Shown here piece by piece: positions 29,601 through 41,416 of a stretch of DNA of 64,000 bases. Position numbers and translations under genes: made by a program. Position 1 is the first letter of the stretch. The number at the start of each line of letters is the position of its first letter. The notes beneath the pieces were generated by a model, which was given only the letters and a program-made list of their open reading frames with translations, was not told where the DNA came from and did no database searches. This DNA comes from Macrostomum lignano (taxonomy: Eukaryota). The stretch is taken from positions 1-64,000 of the forward strand of contig NIVC01001532.1 in the NCBI GenBank assembly GCA_002269645.1, written 5' to 3'.

Positions 29601-32600
29601 ATTTTAAGCTTTTTTTGCTTTATTTTATTAAAAATGAATTAGGAAGTGTCCTGGACAAATTTAACATTCTTCTTCACGTGAAGAGAATCTATGCAGAATA
29701 ACAAATTTCATGATTCATATTTAATAAAATAAAGCAAAAAAAGCTTAAAATAAAGCAGTTTTACTGGTAGTTTGTTAGGACTTTAGCAATTTCTTTTCTT
29801 TACTCGTTACTAATTTCTTTACTTGCTACTGAATAGAATGAATATAAGTAGAATGGGTGGGGATGATATCACGTTTATATATACCGAATTGCCATCGCTC
29901 GCAGATTCTCGATCTAACCGGCTATCGCGGTGGATCAGCCGCTATAGCGGCTTCCAAAGCCGCCGCAGCGGCCACAGCTGCAGTTGCTGAAGTGGCTCTG
30001 CAGCGTTGGTGCGGTAGTGACCAACTAGACGAAGTTGAAAAGGACAGGAATAACGACGAAGTTGATTTCGTTCCCAATTCGTCGTTAGATTCGGTTGCTA
30101 ATAGCAACGCCGATTCCGACCAGGACTCCTCGGCTGCAGTTGTTTCTGCGGCTGCCGCAGAATTCGACTCGCTGCTCAGTCAGGCCTGGACAATGAACAG
30201 TCGCGAAGCTTTGGATAGCGCAATTTCGCTAATTCGCTCCGGTCTGGTGCCAGTTGACCGGGCGCATTCCGACACTGGCGCCACCGCTCTGATGGTCGGC
30301 GCCGGGCGCGGTTTTATCGGCTGTCTGGACGCGCTGCTGACCTGCCTGAGAGCTGATCCGTTGGTTCGTGCACCCAACGGTTGGTGCGCCATCGATTGGG
30401 CCGATAAGTTCAACCAGGAGAAGGCTGGAGCTCTGATTCGAGCGCACACGGCTGCCACGGTCACTGATGCGGACGATTGCAAAGTTGATTGCGAGCTGGT
30501 TGTTAAACTCTTGCAGGTTTGTTTTTTTAATGTTTTCTTTGATATTCATTTGAATCTCTTCTTCCGAGGTCCTTTTTGGTTGAATGCTTCCTTCCGAGGT
30601 CCTTTTTGGTTGAATGCTTCCTTCCGAGGTCCTTTTTCGGAAGGCTTCCTTCCGTGGTCCTTTTTCTGAAAACTTTCTTCCGTGGTCCTTTTTTTCTGAA
30701 TACTTTCTTCCAAGGTCCTTTTTGGTTTGAATGGCTCTTCCTTCCGAGGTCATTTTTCTACATAGTTCGGAAACTCGAGGATTCTATCCAGAATCCTTTG
30801 CTGTCGTCCTCCCAAATTATTTAGATTCGAAAATCTGCATTGCTTGTCTCCATTTGCTCTACTTACAGTAGCAACCAACAAACGCATTTTTCGTTCAAAT
30901 TTAATCAGGCCATCCACCAGACCTATCCAATGCAACCAGACAAGCGAAGCGGCGCAGTGCTAATCTTTGTGCCCGGATTCGAGGACATCATGTCACTCTA
31001 TCAGATGATTCGTCAGTCTGCACTGCCGTTCGCTCGAGTTGCTATGCTATTCGTGCTGCACTCCCAGCTGCGATTAGACGATCAAAAAGCGGTGCGATTT
31101 TGCTAAGTTTGTTGTGCTTTCAATTCGCCGCAACGGTACTTAGTACCACTATTGAGCAATCCATCACTGTCTGACCTTTGAGCAATCCATCACTGCCTGA
31201 CCTTTAAGCAATCCCCTCATCGCAGGTGTTCCGCCCGACGCCCCCAGATCGCCGCAAAATCATCCTAGCCACAAACATCGCAGAGACCTCCCTAACAATA
31301 GACGATGTCAGCTTTGTAATCGACACCGGCTTAGCTAAAGAGAAATGGCTCGACGCTGGCACCGGCATTGTGACCTTCCAATGCGCCTGGATTGCCCAGA
31401 GCAGCGCCAATCAACGCCGCGGTCGTTGCGGTCGCTGCGGCCCGGGCATCTGCTTTCGTCTGTACACCAGACAGCGGTTCGCTTCGCTTCAGCCCTACCC
31501 TCTGCCCGAGATTAGTCGCTACCCGTTAGAGGAGCTCTGCTTGCAGAGTCGACTGTTGGTACCTTCACCAGATAGTGTGCTAACTACTAGTGCTGCTTCT
31601 GCTACTGCTAACAGTAGCGTAACCGGCGTTACTATTGCCGATTTTCTCGGAAAAACATTGGAGCCGCCGCCGATTGAAAATATTCGCGCGTCCGTGGCCC
31701 TGCTGAAAGAGATGGACGCGCTGGATGCGTTTGAGGTCTCTTGTTCTACATGTACTCTTGTTCTATTCTCTGTCCTACTCTTGTTCTATTCTCTGCCCTA
31801 CTCTTGTTCTATTCTCTGCCCTACTCTTGTTCTATTCTCTGTCCTACTCTTGTTCTATTCTCTGTCCTACTCTTGTTCTATTCTCTGCCCTACTCTTGTT
31901 CTATTCTCTGCCCTACTCTTGTTCTATTCTCTGCCCTACTCTTTTTCTATCTATAACTCTACTCTAGTTCTATCTTTACCCTACTCTTGTTCTATCTTTA
32001 CCCTACTCTTGTTCTATCTTTACCCTACTCTTGTTCTATCTCTGCCCTACTCTTGTTCTATCTTTACCCTACTCTTGTTCTATCTTTACCCTACTCTTGT
32101 TCTATCTCTACCCTACTCTTGTTCTATCTCTACCCTACTCTTGTTCTATCTCTACCCTACTCTTGTTCTATCTTTACCCTACTGTTCTATTTAGTGTACA
32201 AAAGTAGTGTATACAGCTCCTGAATTAAAAGCAGTCACTCTCACTGCCTCTAATCTCTCCCATCAGGACCTAACCGAACTCGGTTTGCACCTGTGCGACT
32301 TGCCAATCGAGCCTCGTCTAGCTAAAATGGTTCTAGTTAGCGTCATACTCAAATGCATCGATCCCGTGCTCACCATAGCCGCTATATTATCCTACCGCGA
32401 GCCATTCGTGATCCCATCTGAGCCGGGCAAACGCTCGGCCTCTGTGGCAGCCAGACGCAAATTTAGCGTCGATACCTACAGCGATCACATGTCGTTATTA
32501 AGAGCGTTTCAACAATGGCAGCGTGCTAGAAGCGAAGGCTGGGAGTCCAGCTTCTGCGAGCGGAATTACATTTCTGGCGCGGCGTTTGAAATGATTCTGG

Positions 32601-35600
32601 GCATCCGGAGTCAACTGTTGGGCCAGTTGAGGGCTAGCGCTTTTGTTAAAACTAAAGGCTCCGGGGATGTGCGAGATTTGAATACTAATTCTGAGAACTG
32701 GGCTGTAGTTAAAGCTGCTCTGGTGGCTGGCAGTTATCCCAATTTGGCTAAGGTAAGGGCTGAGTTTGGATCATGTTTAGGTCATTGCAGGTTTGGGTCA
32801 TCTTTGGGTCATTGTAGGTTTGGGTCATGTTTGGGTCATTGTAGGTTTAGGTCATGTTTGGGTCATTGTAGGTTTAGGTCATGTTTGGGTCATTGTAGGT
32901 TTGGGTCATCTTTAGGTCATTGCAGGTTTGGGTCATGTTTGGGTCATTGTAGGTTTAGGTCATGTTTGGGTCATTGTAGGTTTGGATCATGTTTAGGTCA
33001 TTGCAGGTTTGGGTCATGTTTAGGTCATTGCAGGTTTGGGTCATGTTTAGGTCATTGTAGGTTTGGTCATGTTTGGGTCATTGTAGGTTTGGATCATGTT
33101 TAGGTCATTGCAGGTTTGGGTCATCTTTGGGTCATTGTAGGTTTGGGTCATGTTTGGGTCATTGTAGGTTTGGATCATGTTTAGGTCATTGCAGGTTTGG
33201 GTCATGTTAAGGTCATTGTAGGTTTGGGTCATGTTTGGGTCATTGTAGATTTGAATCATTTTTGGGTCATTGTAGGCTTGGGTCATGTTTGGGTCATTGT
33301 AGGTTTGGATCATTGCAGGTTTGGATCATGTTTGGTTCATGTTTGGGTCATTGTAGGTTCGGATCATTTATGTACAATTCATATGTAATCAATCAGACTC
33401 ACTCTACCCTCTCATCTATTTGCACCCAGGTGGATCGCGAGCACCGCCGGCTCTACTCTCGCACAGTCCGGTGCGTCCGCTTCCATCCGCAGAGCGTGCT
33501 CAGCCCCAGCGGACCCCAGGAGACCCACGCCAGCGCTGTGGACCAGCTGCCCAGCGACTGGCTGATCTATAATGAAGCCGTGCGCACCGGCGGCGGCCGC
33601 ATCGCTCACATCCGGTGCGCCACTCTGGTCAGCCCGGCTGCCGTCCTGCTGTTCGCCGGCTCCTGCCGCCTGCCAGCAGACTATGTTGCCAAGCTGGAGA
33701 TGGCGCTGTCCACCGATCACCGGGCCGCCGCCGACTCAACTGCCTCCACGGCTGCGGGAGACTCCAACAGCGACAATGCCGATTTGAACGACGCCGCCGC
33801 TGACTCCGAAATCGACATCGGCGCCGACGCCGAACAAGGCCAAGGCGACGGAGATTTCGACGATGCCGATTTCGACGACGAAGATTTCGACGAATCAGAC
33901 GACGAGCCTCGGGATCAGCAAAATCCTCAGGCTAAGCAGCGGCAGCGCAGGTCGCTGGCCATGTCCGTTGATAAGTGGATTCGAGTCCGGTCCGACCGAG
34001 AGTCGCTGCGCTGCCTGCTGCAGCTGCGTTTGAAGCTCAGCGCCCTGCTGCTCAGGCGGATCCGGCATCCGGCTAAGCTGCTCAGCTTTCAAGACGAAGC
34101 CGTGCTCAAAGCTCTAGTCAATGTGCTCACCTACGAGGAGCAGGCGCTCGGCCTCCGCCAGCCGGCCGGGGTCGGCGCCAAACCGCGCCAGATTGGCGCC
34201 GCCGATTCTTTGTTCCGGCCGCCGCCGGAGCTGGCGCCATCAGAAGAGGAAGACGGAGGATCCAATATGGCTGCCGCCGCTGCTGCAGTCTGCGTTGATA
34301 AACCAGCCAGTCCGCTGCCGCCGCCGCCACCTCAGCAGCAGCTGCAGCCTCGCCTACAGCAAATGTCGCTGCATCAGCACCAGAAACAGCAGCAGCAGCA
34401 GCAGCAGCAGGGCCAGTACCAGCATCAGCAGCAGGTTTGTGTAAACTGCTTATAAATCTGCATACAATAAATCAAATATATATCCTAAGCCCTGTAGATT
34501 AGTTGACTTAGCTGAGCTATTCTTGACCCACTAGCCTATTATGACCCTAACCCACTGCTATGGGTAGCTTTCCTTGACCCACACCCTGACCCAGTTGCTT
34601 TCCTTGACCCACACCCTGACCCAGTTGCTTTCCTTGACCCACACCCTGACCCAGCTTTCCTTGACCCACACCCTGAACCAGCTTTCCTTGACCCACACCC
34701 TGAACCAGGTTTCCTTGACTCACCCTGAACCAGCTTTCCTTGACCCACACCCTGACCCAGTTGCTTTCCTTGACCCACACCCTGACCCAGCTTTTCTTGA
34801 CTCACCCTGAACCAGCTTTCCTTGACCCACACCCTGACCCAGTTGCTTTCCTTGACCCACACCCTGACCCAGCTTTCCTTGACTCACACCCTGACCCAGC
34901 TTTCCTTGACCCACACCCTGACCCAGTAGCTTTCGATGACCCACACCCTCACCCAGTTGCTTTCCTTGACCCACACCCTCACCCAGTTGCTTTCCTTGAC
35001 CCACACCCTCACCCAGTAGCTTTCGATGACCCACACCCTCACCCAGTTGCTTTCCTTGACCCACACCCTCACCCAGTTGCTTTCCTTGACCCACACCCTC
35101 ACCCAGTTGCTTTCCTTGACCCACACCCTCACCCAGTTGCTTTCCTTGACCCACACCCTCACCCAGTTGCTTTCCTTGACCCACACCCTGACTTTTAAGC
35201 CTCTAATTGAACTGTTGAATTCACGGCCCCTTTCACTTTCACTGCAGGCGCCAAGGAAGCGCTATTTCCTACTGCCAGTAGGCAGTGCCAGCCTGTGGTC
35301 GCAGGCTCAAACTCACTGCACTCTTCCTGTACAGCCCGCTCTCGAGCGTCGCTTATCTGGCGCTCTTCGCGATGCCACATCAAACTCCGTCGCCAACGCG
35401 TCGTCCTCAATGATGACTGGCGGCGGCGGCGGCGGCGGCAATGGTGTCTACCTCCTGCTGCTGCACACCAGACCTCGGCCAGCTGTCCCAGACGAGGACG
35501 GAGCCGCAGCTGCCAGCAGTTCGGCCTCCTCGTCTCTCCTAGGCGTGGCTCGACTAAGAAGCGTCCAAGTTGGCCAAGACGGCGGCTGTCGGGTCAGCTT

Positions 35601-36315
35601 CGACTGGATTCAGCGTCATCAGCAGTATCAGCATCACGAGTCCCAGCAGCAGCAGCCGTCGGCTCCTGTCGCTGACTGCGACCTCTCTAGCGAAGCTCGA
35701 GGAGCCGAGACTGGTACAGGTATTGAACTGCCAATACCCGAGGCTGAACGGCTTCTAACTCTCTTCTGTACTAGTAATAGTAGTACTGCTGCTAATGCTA
35801 GTAATATTACTACTAGTAGTACTACTGCTAGCTCGACCATTGGCTCCGCTTCTACCGGCTCAAGGCAGCAGCAACAGCCTCAACAACAACAACAATTATC
35901 TTCCTCGCGATTTGTTTCTCACCTGTCTCCATCGTTGCTTAGCAACCTTTATCAACAGCAGCAGCAGCAGCAGCAGCAACAACAACTGAAGCAGCAGCCT
36001 GTGTGGCTGCAGACTGCTTCTGGCCAGCCGTTGCTGCTTACGGCTCCTGCTGCAGCCGCTCTTCTTCAACAGCAACAGCAACAGCAGCAGCAGCAGCATC
36101 AGCAGCAGCAATACCACGATGCCAAACTGTTTCTGGCAGCTGCCGCAGCCAATCTTCAGATGCGGGCTATGCAGCAGCCGCAGCAGCAGCAGCAGCAGCC
36201 ACTTCTTTCATCTCAGCAGCAACAGCAGCAGCAGAACGCGTTGACTTCTGCTATCGCGGCGGCTTTGCAGCAGCAGCAGCAGCAACAACAGCAACAGCAG
36301 AATCGGTTCTCCTAG
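26615..36315 (+). CDS. YTHDC2: YTHDC2-like DExH RNA helicase (R3H, RecA1, ankyrin insert, RecA2, HA2, OB, degenerate YTH, Q-rich tail), ~1641 aa. Exons: 26615-27049, 27829-27975, 28359-28838, 29905-30516, 30909-31091, 31226-31735, 32267-32752, 33430-34434, 35248-36315
   Basis: R3H (ERAYVHSEALALGLKSRSRG), Walker A GDPGTGKTTQ, DEIH, MSAN, ankyrin TGATALMVGAGRG, LATNIAETSLTIDDV, QRRGRCGR and a YTH-like C-terminus (RYFLL...VYLLL...FDWIQ). The spliced length of 4926 nt is in frame. Confidence 0.93.
27215..27590. repeat. ~40-42-nt minisatellite, YTHDC2 intron 1
   Basis: Unit CAGGTACAAGCACTAGAGACAGGCAGATCGACCTACAGACA. Confidence 0.92.
28060..28245. repeat. ~45-50-nt tandem repeat, YTHDC2 intron 2
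   Basis: CCCCATCGCTTATCAGGTGTTTTTAATTATGG recurs about 4 times. Confidence 0.85.
29574..29779. mobile_element. AT-rich foldback / MITE-like element in YTHDC2 intron 3
   Basis: Arms of about 67 nt (CCTAACAAACTA...TTTATTTTAAGCTTTTTTTGCTTTATTTTATTAAA) are reverse complements around a ~70-nt spacer. Confidence 0.6.
30560..30760. repeat. ~30-nt degenerate minisatellite, YTHDC2 intron 4
   Basis: CTTCCGAGGTCCTTTTTGGTTGAATGCTTC-like units. Confidence 0.85.
31736..32190. repeat. 23-nt pyrimidine-rich minisatellite, YTHDC2 intron 6
   Basis: Unit CTACTCTTGTTCTATTCTCTGCC. Confidence 0.93.
32760..33365. repeat. 27-nt minisatellite (GGGTCA core on +), YTHDC2 intron 7
   Basis: Unit TTTGGGTCATTGTAGGTTTGGGTCATG. 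Confidence 0.94.
34520..35192. repeat. 27-30-nt minisatellite (TGACCC core on +), YTHDC2 intron 8
   Basis: Unit TTTCCTTGACCCACACCCTGACCCAGTTGC. Confidence 0.94.
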
Positions 36316-36569
36316 ATTTTGTTAAAACAAAATGCTACAAATAATTAAAAAATCTACTCGATTGACAAACTTGAACTATTTGAAATCCCCAGATTATAAA
36401 AACAAAATTCCCTTGTTTTTTCTTGTTATTTTCGTTTAATTTTTCTTGTGTTAAAACCATTGTCAGCAATAATAAGTTTTTTGAGGTTTAAAACGTTTTT
36501 GTTTATTTTAACTCATACCGTTTGAGCATCTTAAGTGATTTTCTGGGCTGGCATACTGATATGTCTCCT

Positions 36570-37547
36570 TGACCTAACATCTGATCCAGTGGAGTGACTC
36601 CTTGACCCAGCCTCTGACCCAGCGTAGTGACTCCTTGACCCAACCTCCGACCCAGCGTAGTGACTCCTTGACCCAACCTGTGACCCAGCGGAGCGACTCC
36701 TTGACCCAACCTCTGACCCAGCGGAGTGACTCCTTGACCCAGTCTCTGACCCAGCGGAGTGGCTCCTTGACCCAGTCTCTGACCCAGCGTAGTGACTCCT
36801 TGACCCAACCTGTGACCCAGCGGAGCGACTCCTTGACCCAACCTGTGACCCAGCGGAGCGACTCCTTGACCCAATCTCTGACCCAATGGAGTGACTCCTT
36901 GACCCAACCTCTGACCCAATTGAATGACTCCTTTACCCAGCCTCTGACCCAGCGTAGTGACTCCTTGACCCAGTCTCTGACCCAGCGGAGTGACTCCTTG
37001 ACCCAGCCTCTGACCCAGCGTAGTGACTCCTTGACCCAGTCTCTGACCCAGCGTAGTGACTCCTTGACCCAACCTGTGACCCAGCGGAGCGACTCCTTGA
37101 CCCAACCTGTGACCCAGCGGAGCGACTCCTTGACCCAATCTCTGACCCAATGGAGTGACTCCTTGACCCAACCTCTGACCCAGCGTAGTGACTCCTTGAC
37201 CCAGTCTCTGACCCAGCGGAGTGACTCCTTGACCCAATTTCTGACCCAATAGAGTCACTCCTTGACCCAGCCTCTGACCCAGCGTAGTGACTCCTTGACC
37301 CAGTCTCTGACCCAGCGTAGTGACTCCTTGACCCAACCTGTGACCCAGCGGAGCGACTCCTTGACCCAACCTGTGACCCAGCGGAGCGACTCCTTGACCC
37401 AATCTCTGACCCAATGGAGTGACTCCTTGACCCAACCTCTGACCCAGCGTAGTGACTCCTTGACCCAGTCTCTGACCCAGCGGAGTGACTCCTTGACCCA
37501 ATTTCTGACCCAATAGAGTCACTCCTTGACCCAACCTCTGACCCAGT
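36570..37547. repeat. 33-nt minisatellite downstream of the YTHDC2 stop
   Basis: Unit ACTCCTTGACCCAGCCTCTGACCCAGCGTAGTG. Confidence 0.94.
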
Positions 37548-38081
37548 AAAGTTAGGTTCGTTATCAAATTGTTTTAAAAATAAAAAAATCCTAAAGTACA
37601 AAACGTATTCATTGTTTTTGTTTAGCAGTCCCCGTTGCACTTTGGCAGCTTCAAGAGCTAAAGAGATCTGCAGAAAAAAAGTTTCGTTTTGCATTTATTT
37701 ATTTTCCGGTGTTCCTACCATGTTATTTTTCTGTAACCTGTTTTTTATGAAGTTTTTTAGCCAGTTTTTTTGTTTGTCTGCCTTACTGAATTAAGTTAGG
37801 GCTCATCTATATCTATCCTTTGTTCATCATTGTTGATGCTCGCTAAGTAGATCCATACATATTTCAGTCAGTGGGCCGTTCTGTGTCATTTGTCTATTTT
37901 AGGTTGTTATAATTGTTTTAAAAACATCTAAAAAAGCTTTAAAAAATACACAGTTCATTTTTTCCATAAATTGTTTTCCACTTGTTGAAAATGTTAAAAT
38001 TTGTCGCAATAATATCCTTCTGTTATACTGTTTTTTAAGCTTTTTGGACACGGAGATACGAAACAGGACGGAAAAGGTAAA

Positions 38082-40856
38082 CTCGGACACAGATAGATGA
38101 GGTAGACTCGGACACAGATAGATGAGGTAGACTAGGACACAGGTAGATGAGGTAGACTAGGACACAGATAGATGAGGTAGACTCGGACACAGATAGATGA
38201 GGTAGACTCGGACACAGATAGATGAGGTAGACTAGGACACAGATAGATGAGGTAGACTAGGACACAGATAGATGAGGTAGACTAGGACACAGGTAGATGA
38301 GGTAGACTAGGACACAGGTAGATGAGGTAGACTAGGACACAGATAGATGAGGTAGACTAGGACACAGATAGATGAGGTAGACTAGGACACAGATAGATGA
38401 GGTAGACTAGGACACAGATAGATGAGGTAGACTAGGACACAGATAGATGAGGTAGACTAGGACACAGGTAGATGAGGTAGACTAGGACATAGATAGATGA
38501 GGTAGACTAGGACACAGATAGATGAGGTAGACTCGGACACAGATAGATGAGGTAGACTCGGACACAGATAGATGAGGTAGACTAGGACACAGATAGATGA
38601 GGTAGACTAGGACACAGATAGATGAGGTAGACTAGGACACAGATAGATGAGGTAGACTCGGACACAGATAGATGAGGTAGACTAGGACACGGATAGATGA
38701 GGTAGACTAGGACACAGATAGATGAGGTAGACTCGGACACAGATAGATGAGGTAGACTCGGACACAGATAGATGAGGTAGACTAGGACACAGGTAGATGA
38801 GGTAGACTAGGACACAGATAGATGAGGTAGACTAGGACACAGGTAGATGAGGTAGACTCGGACACAGGTAGATGAGGTAGACTCGGACACAGATAGATGA
38901 GGTAGACTAGGACACAGATAGATGAGGTAGACTCGGACACAGATAGATGAGGTAGACTAGGACACAGATAGATGAGGTAGACTAGGACACAGATAGATGA
39001 GGTAGACTCGGACACAGATAGATGAGGTAGACTCGGACACAGATAGATGAGGTAGACTAGGACACAGGTAGATGAGGTAGACTAGGACACAGATAGATGA
39101 GGTAGACTCGGACACAGGTAGATGAGGTAGACTCGGACACAGATAGATGAGGTAGACTAGGACACGGATAGATGAGGTAGACTAGGACACAGATAGATGA
39201 GGTAGACTCGGACACAGATAGATGAGGTAGACTAGGACACAGATAGATGAGGTAGACTAGGACACAGGTAGATGAGGTAGACTCGGACACAGGTAGATGA
39301 GGTAGACTCGGACACAGATAGATGAGGTAGACTAGGACACGGATAGATGAGGTAGACTAGGACACAGATAGATGAGGTAGACTAGGACACAGATAGATGA
39401 GGTAGACTAGGACACAGATAGATGAGGTAGACTAGGACACAGATAGATGAGTTAGACTCGGACACAGATAGATGAGGTAGCCTAGGACACAGATAGATGA
39501 GGTAGACTAGGACACAGATAGATGAGGTAGACTCGGACACAGATAGATGAGGTAGCCTAGGACACAGATAGATGAGGTAGACTAGGACACAGATAGATGA
39601 GGTAGACTCGGACACAGATAGATGAGGTAGACTAGGACACGGATAGATGAGGTAGACTAGGACACAGATAGATGAGGTAGACTAGGACACAGATAGATGA
39701 GGTAGACTAGGACACAGATAGATGAGGTAGACTAGGACACAGGTAGATGAGGTAGACTAGGACACAGATAGATGAGGTAGACTAGGACACAGGTAGATGA
39801 GGTAGACTAGGACACAGATAGATGAGGTAGCCTAGGACACAGGTAGATGAGGTAGACTAGGACACAGATAGATGAGGTAGACTCGGACACAGATAGATGA
39901 GGTAGACTAGGACACAGATAGATGAGGTAGACTAGGACACAGGTAGATGAGGTAGACTAGGACACAGATAGATGAGGTAGACTCGGACACAGATAGATGA
40001 GGTAGACTAGGACACAGATAGATGAGGTAGACTAGGACACAGGTAGATGAGGTAGACTAGGACACAGATAGATGAGGTAGACTAGGACACAGATAGATGA
40101 GGTAGACTAGGACACAGATAGATGAGGTAGACTCGGACACAGATAGATGAGGTAGACTAGGACACGGATAGATGAGGTAGACTAGGACACAGATAGATGA
40201 GGTAGACTCGGACACAGATAGATGAGGTAGACTAGGACACAGATAGATGAGGTAGACTAGGACACAGATAGATGAGGTAGACTAGGACACAGATAGATGA
40301 GGTAGACTAGGACACAGATAGATGAGGTAGACTAGGACACAGGTAGATGAGGTAGACTAGGACACACGGATAGATGAGGTAGACTAGGACACAGGTAGAT
40401 GAGGTAGACTAGGACACAGATAGATGAGGTAGACTAGGACACACGGATAGATGAGGTAGACTAGGACACATATGAGGTAGACTAGGACACATATAAGTTA
40501 GACTAGGACACATATGAGGTAGACTAGGAAACAGATAGATGAGGTAGACTAGGACACATATGAGGTAGACTAGGACACATATGAGGTAGACTAAGACACA
40601 TATGAGGTAGACTAGGACACATATGAGGTAGACTAGGACACATATGAGGTAGACTAAGACACATATGAGGTAGACTAAGACACATATGAGTTAGACTAGG
40701 ACACATATGAGATAGACTAGGAAACAGATAGATGAGGTAGACTAGGACACATATGAGGTAGACTAAGACACATATGAGGTAGACTAGGACACATATGAGG
40801 TAGACTAGGACACATATGAGGTAGACTAAGACACATATGAGGTAGACTAGGACACA
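38082..40856. repeat. 25-nt satellite, ~110 copies, shortening to a 21-nt variant at the right end
   Basis: Unit GACACAG[A/G]TAGATGAGGTAGACT[A/C]G. Confidence 0.97.
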
Positions 40857-41416
40857 GAAACTAAAGCATTGTCAGCTGCAATAGCGGTGATTTACATTAC
40901 GGCTACGAGTATACAAGCACCTAATTTGCATGCATATTATTAGGCACTTTGAGGCGCATTACCTCTATGGAAATTAATTGCACGTGTCCTCACCTCACAG
41001 CACCAACTTTCGCATTTTGTGCCATTCGCTGTTCCGTTTTTCAGTCTGAACTACATGTTGCCACTTGTAGTGTACAGTCGTGCGCGTTGCAGCTATTTAT
41101 AGTAGTATGCATGCACACTGAATATATGTAAATCTCTCTCTACACGGGGCGTCACTCTGCATAGCATGTAGCCATATAATAGGAAAATGCCAGCGAAATG
41201 ATTAGCTGTACTGTAACATGCGGCTGGTGTTTTATGCAGATTTCTAAATGAGCATTGGTTAAATATTGCCGCAGGTGATAAGGTGGGGGAGAGAGTCAAG
41301 TCTATACAGATAAGGGCGAGTTTTTTGCTAAGCCAAGCGCTAGTTTTTGGTCGAAAACAGCACGATCCAACCTGAGCAGTGGAGCCATTCTGCAGTACAC
41401 GTAAGACGCTGCTGAC

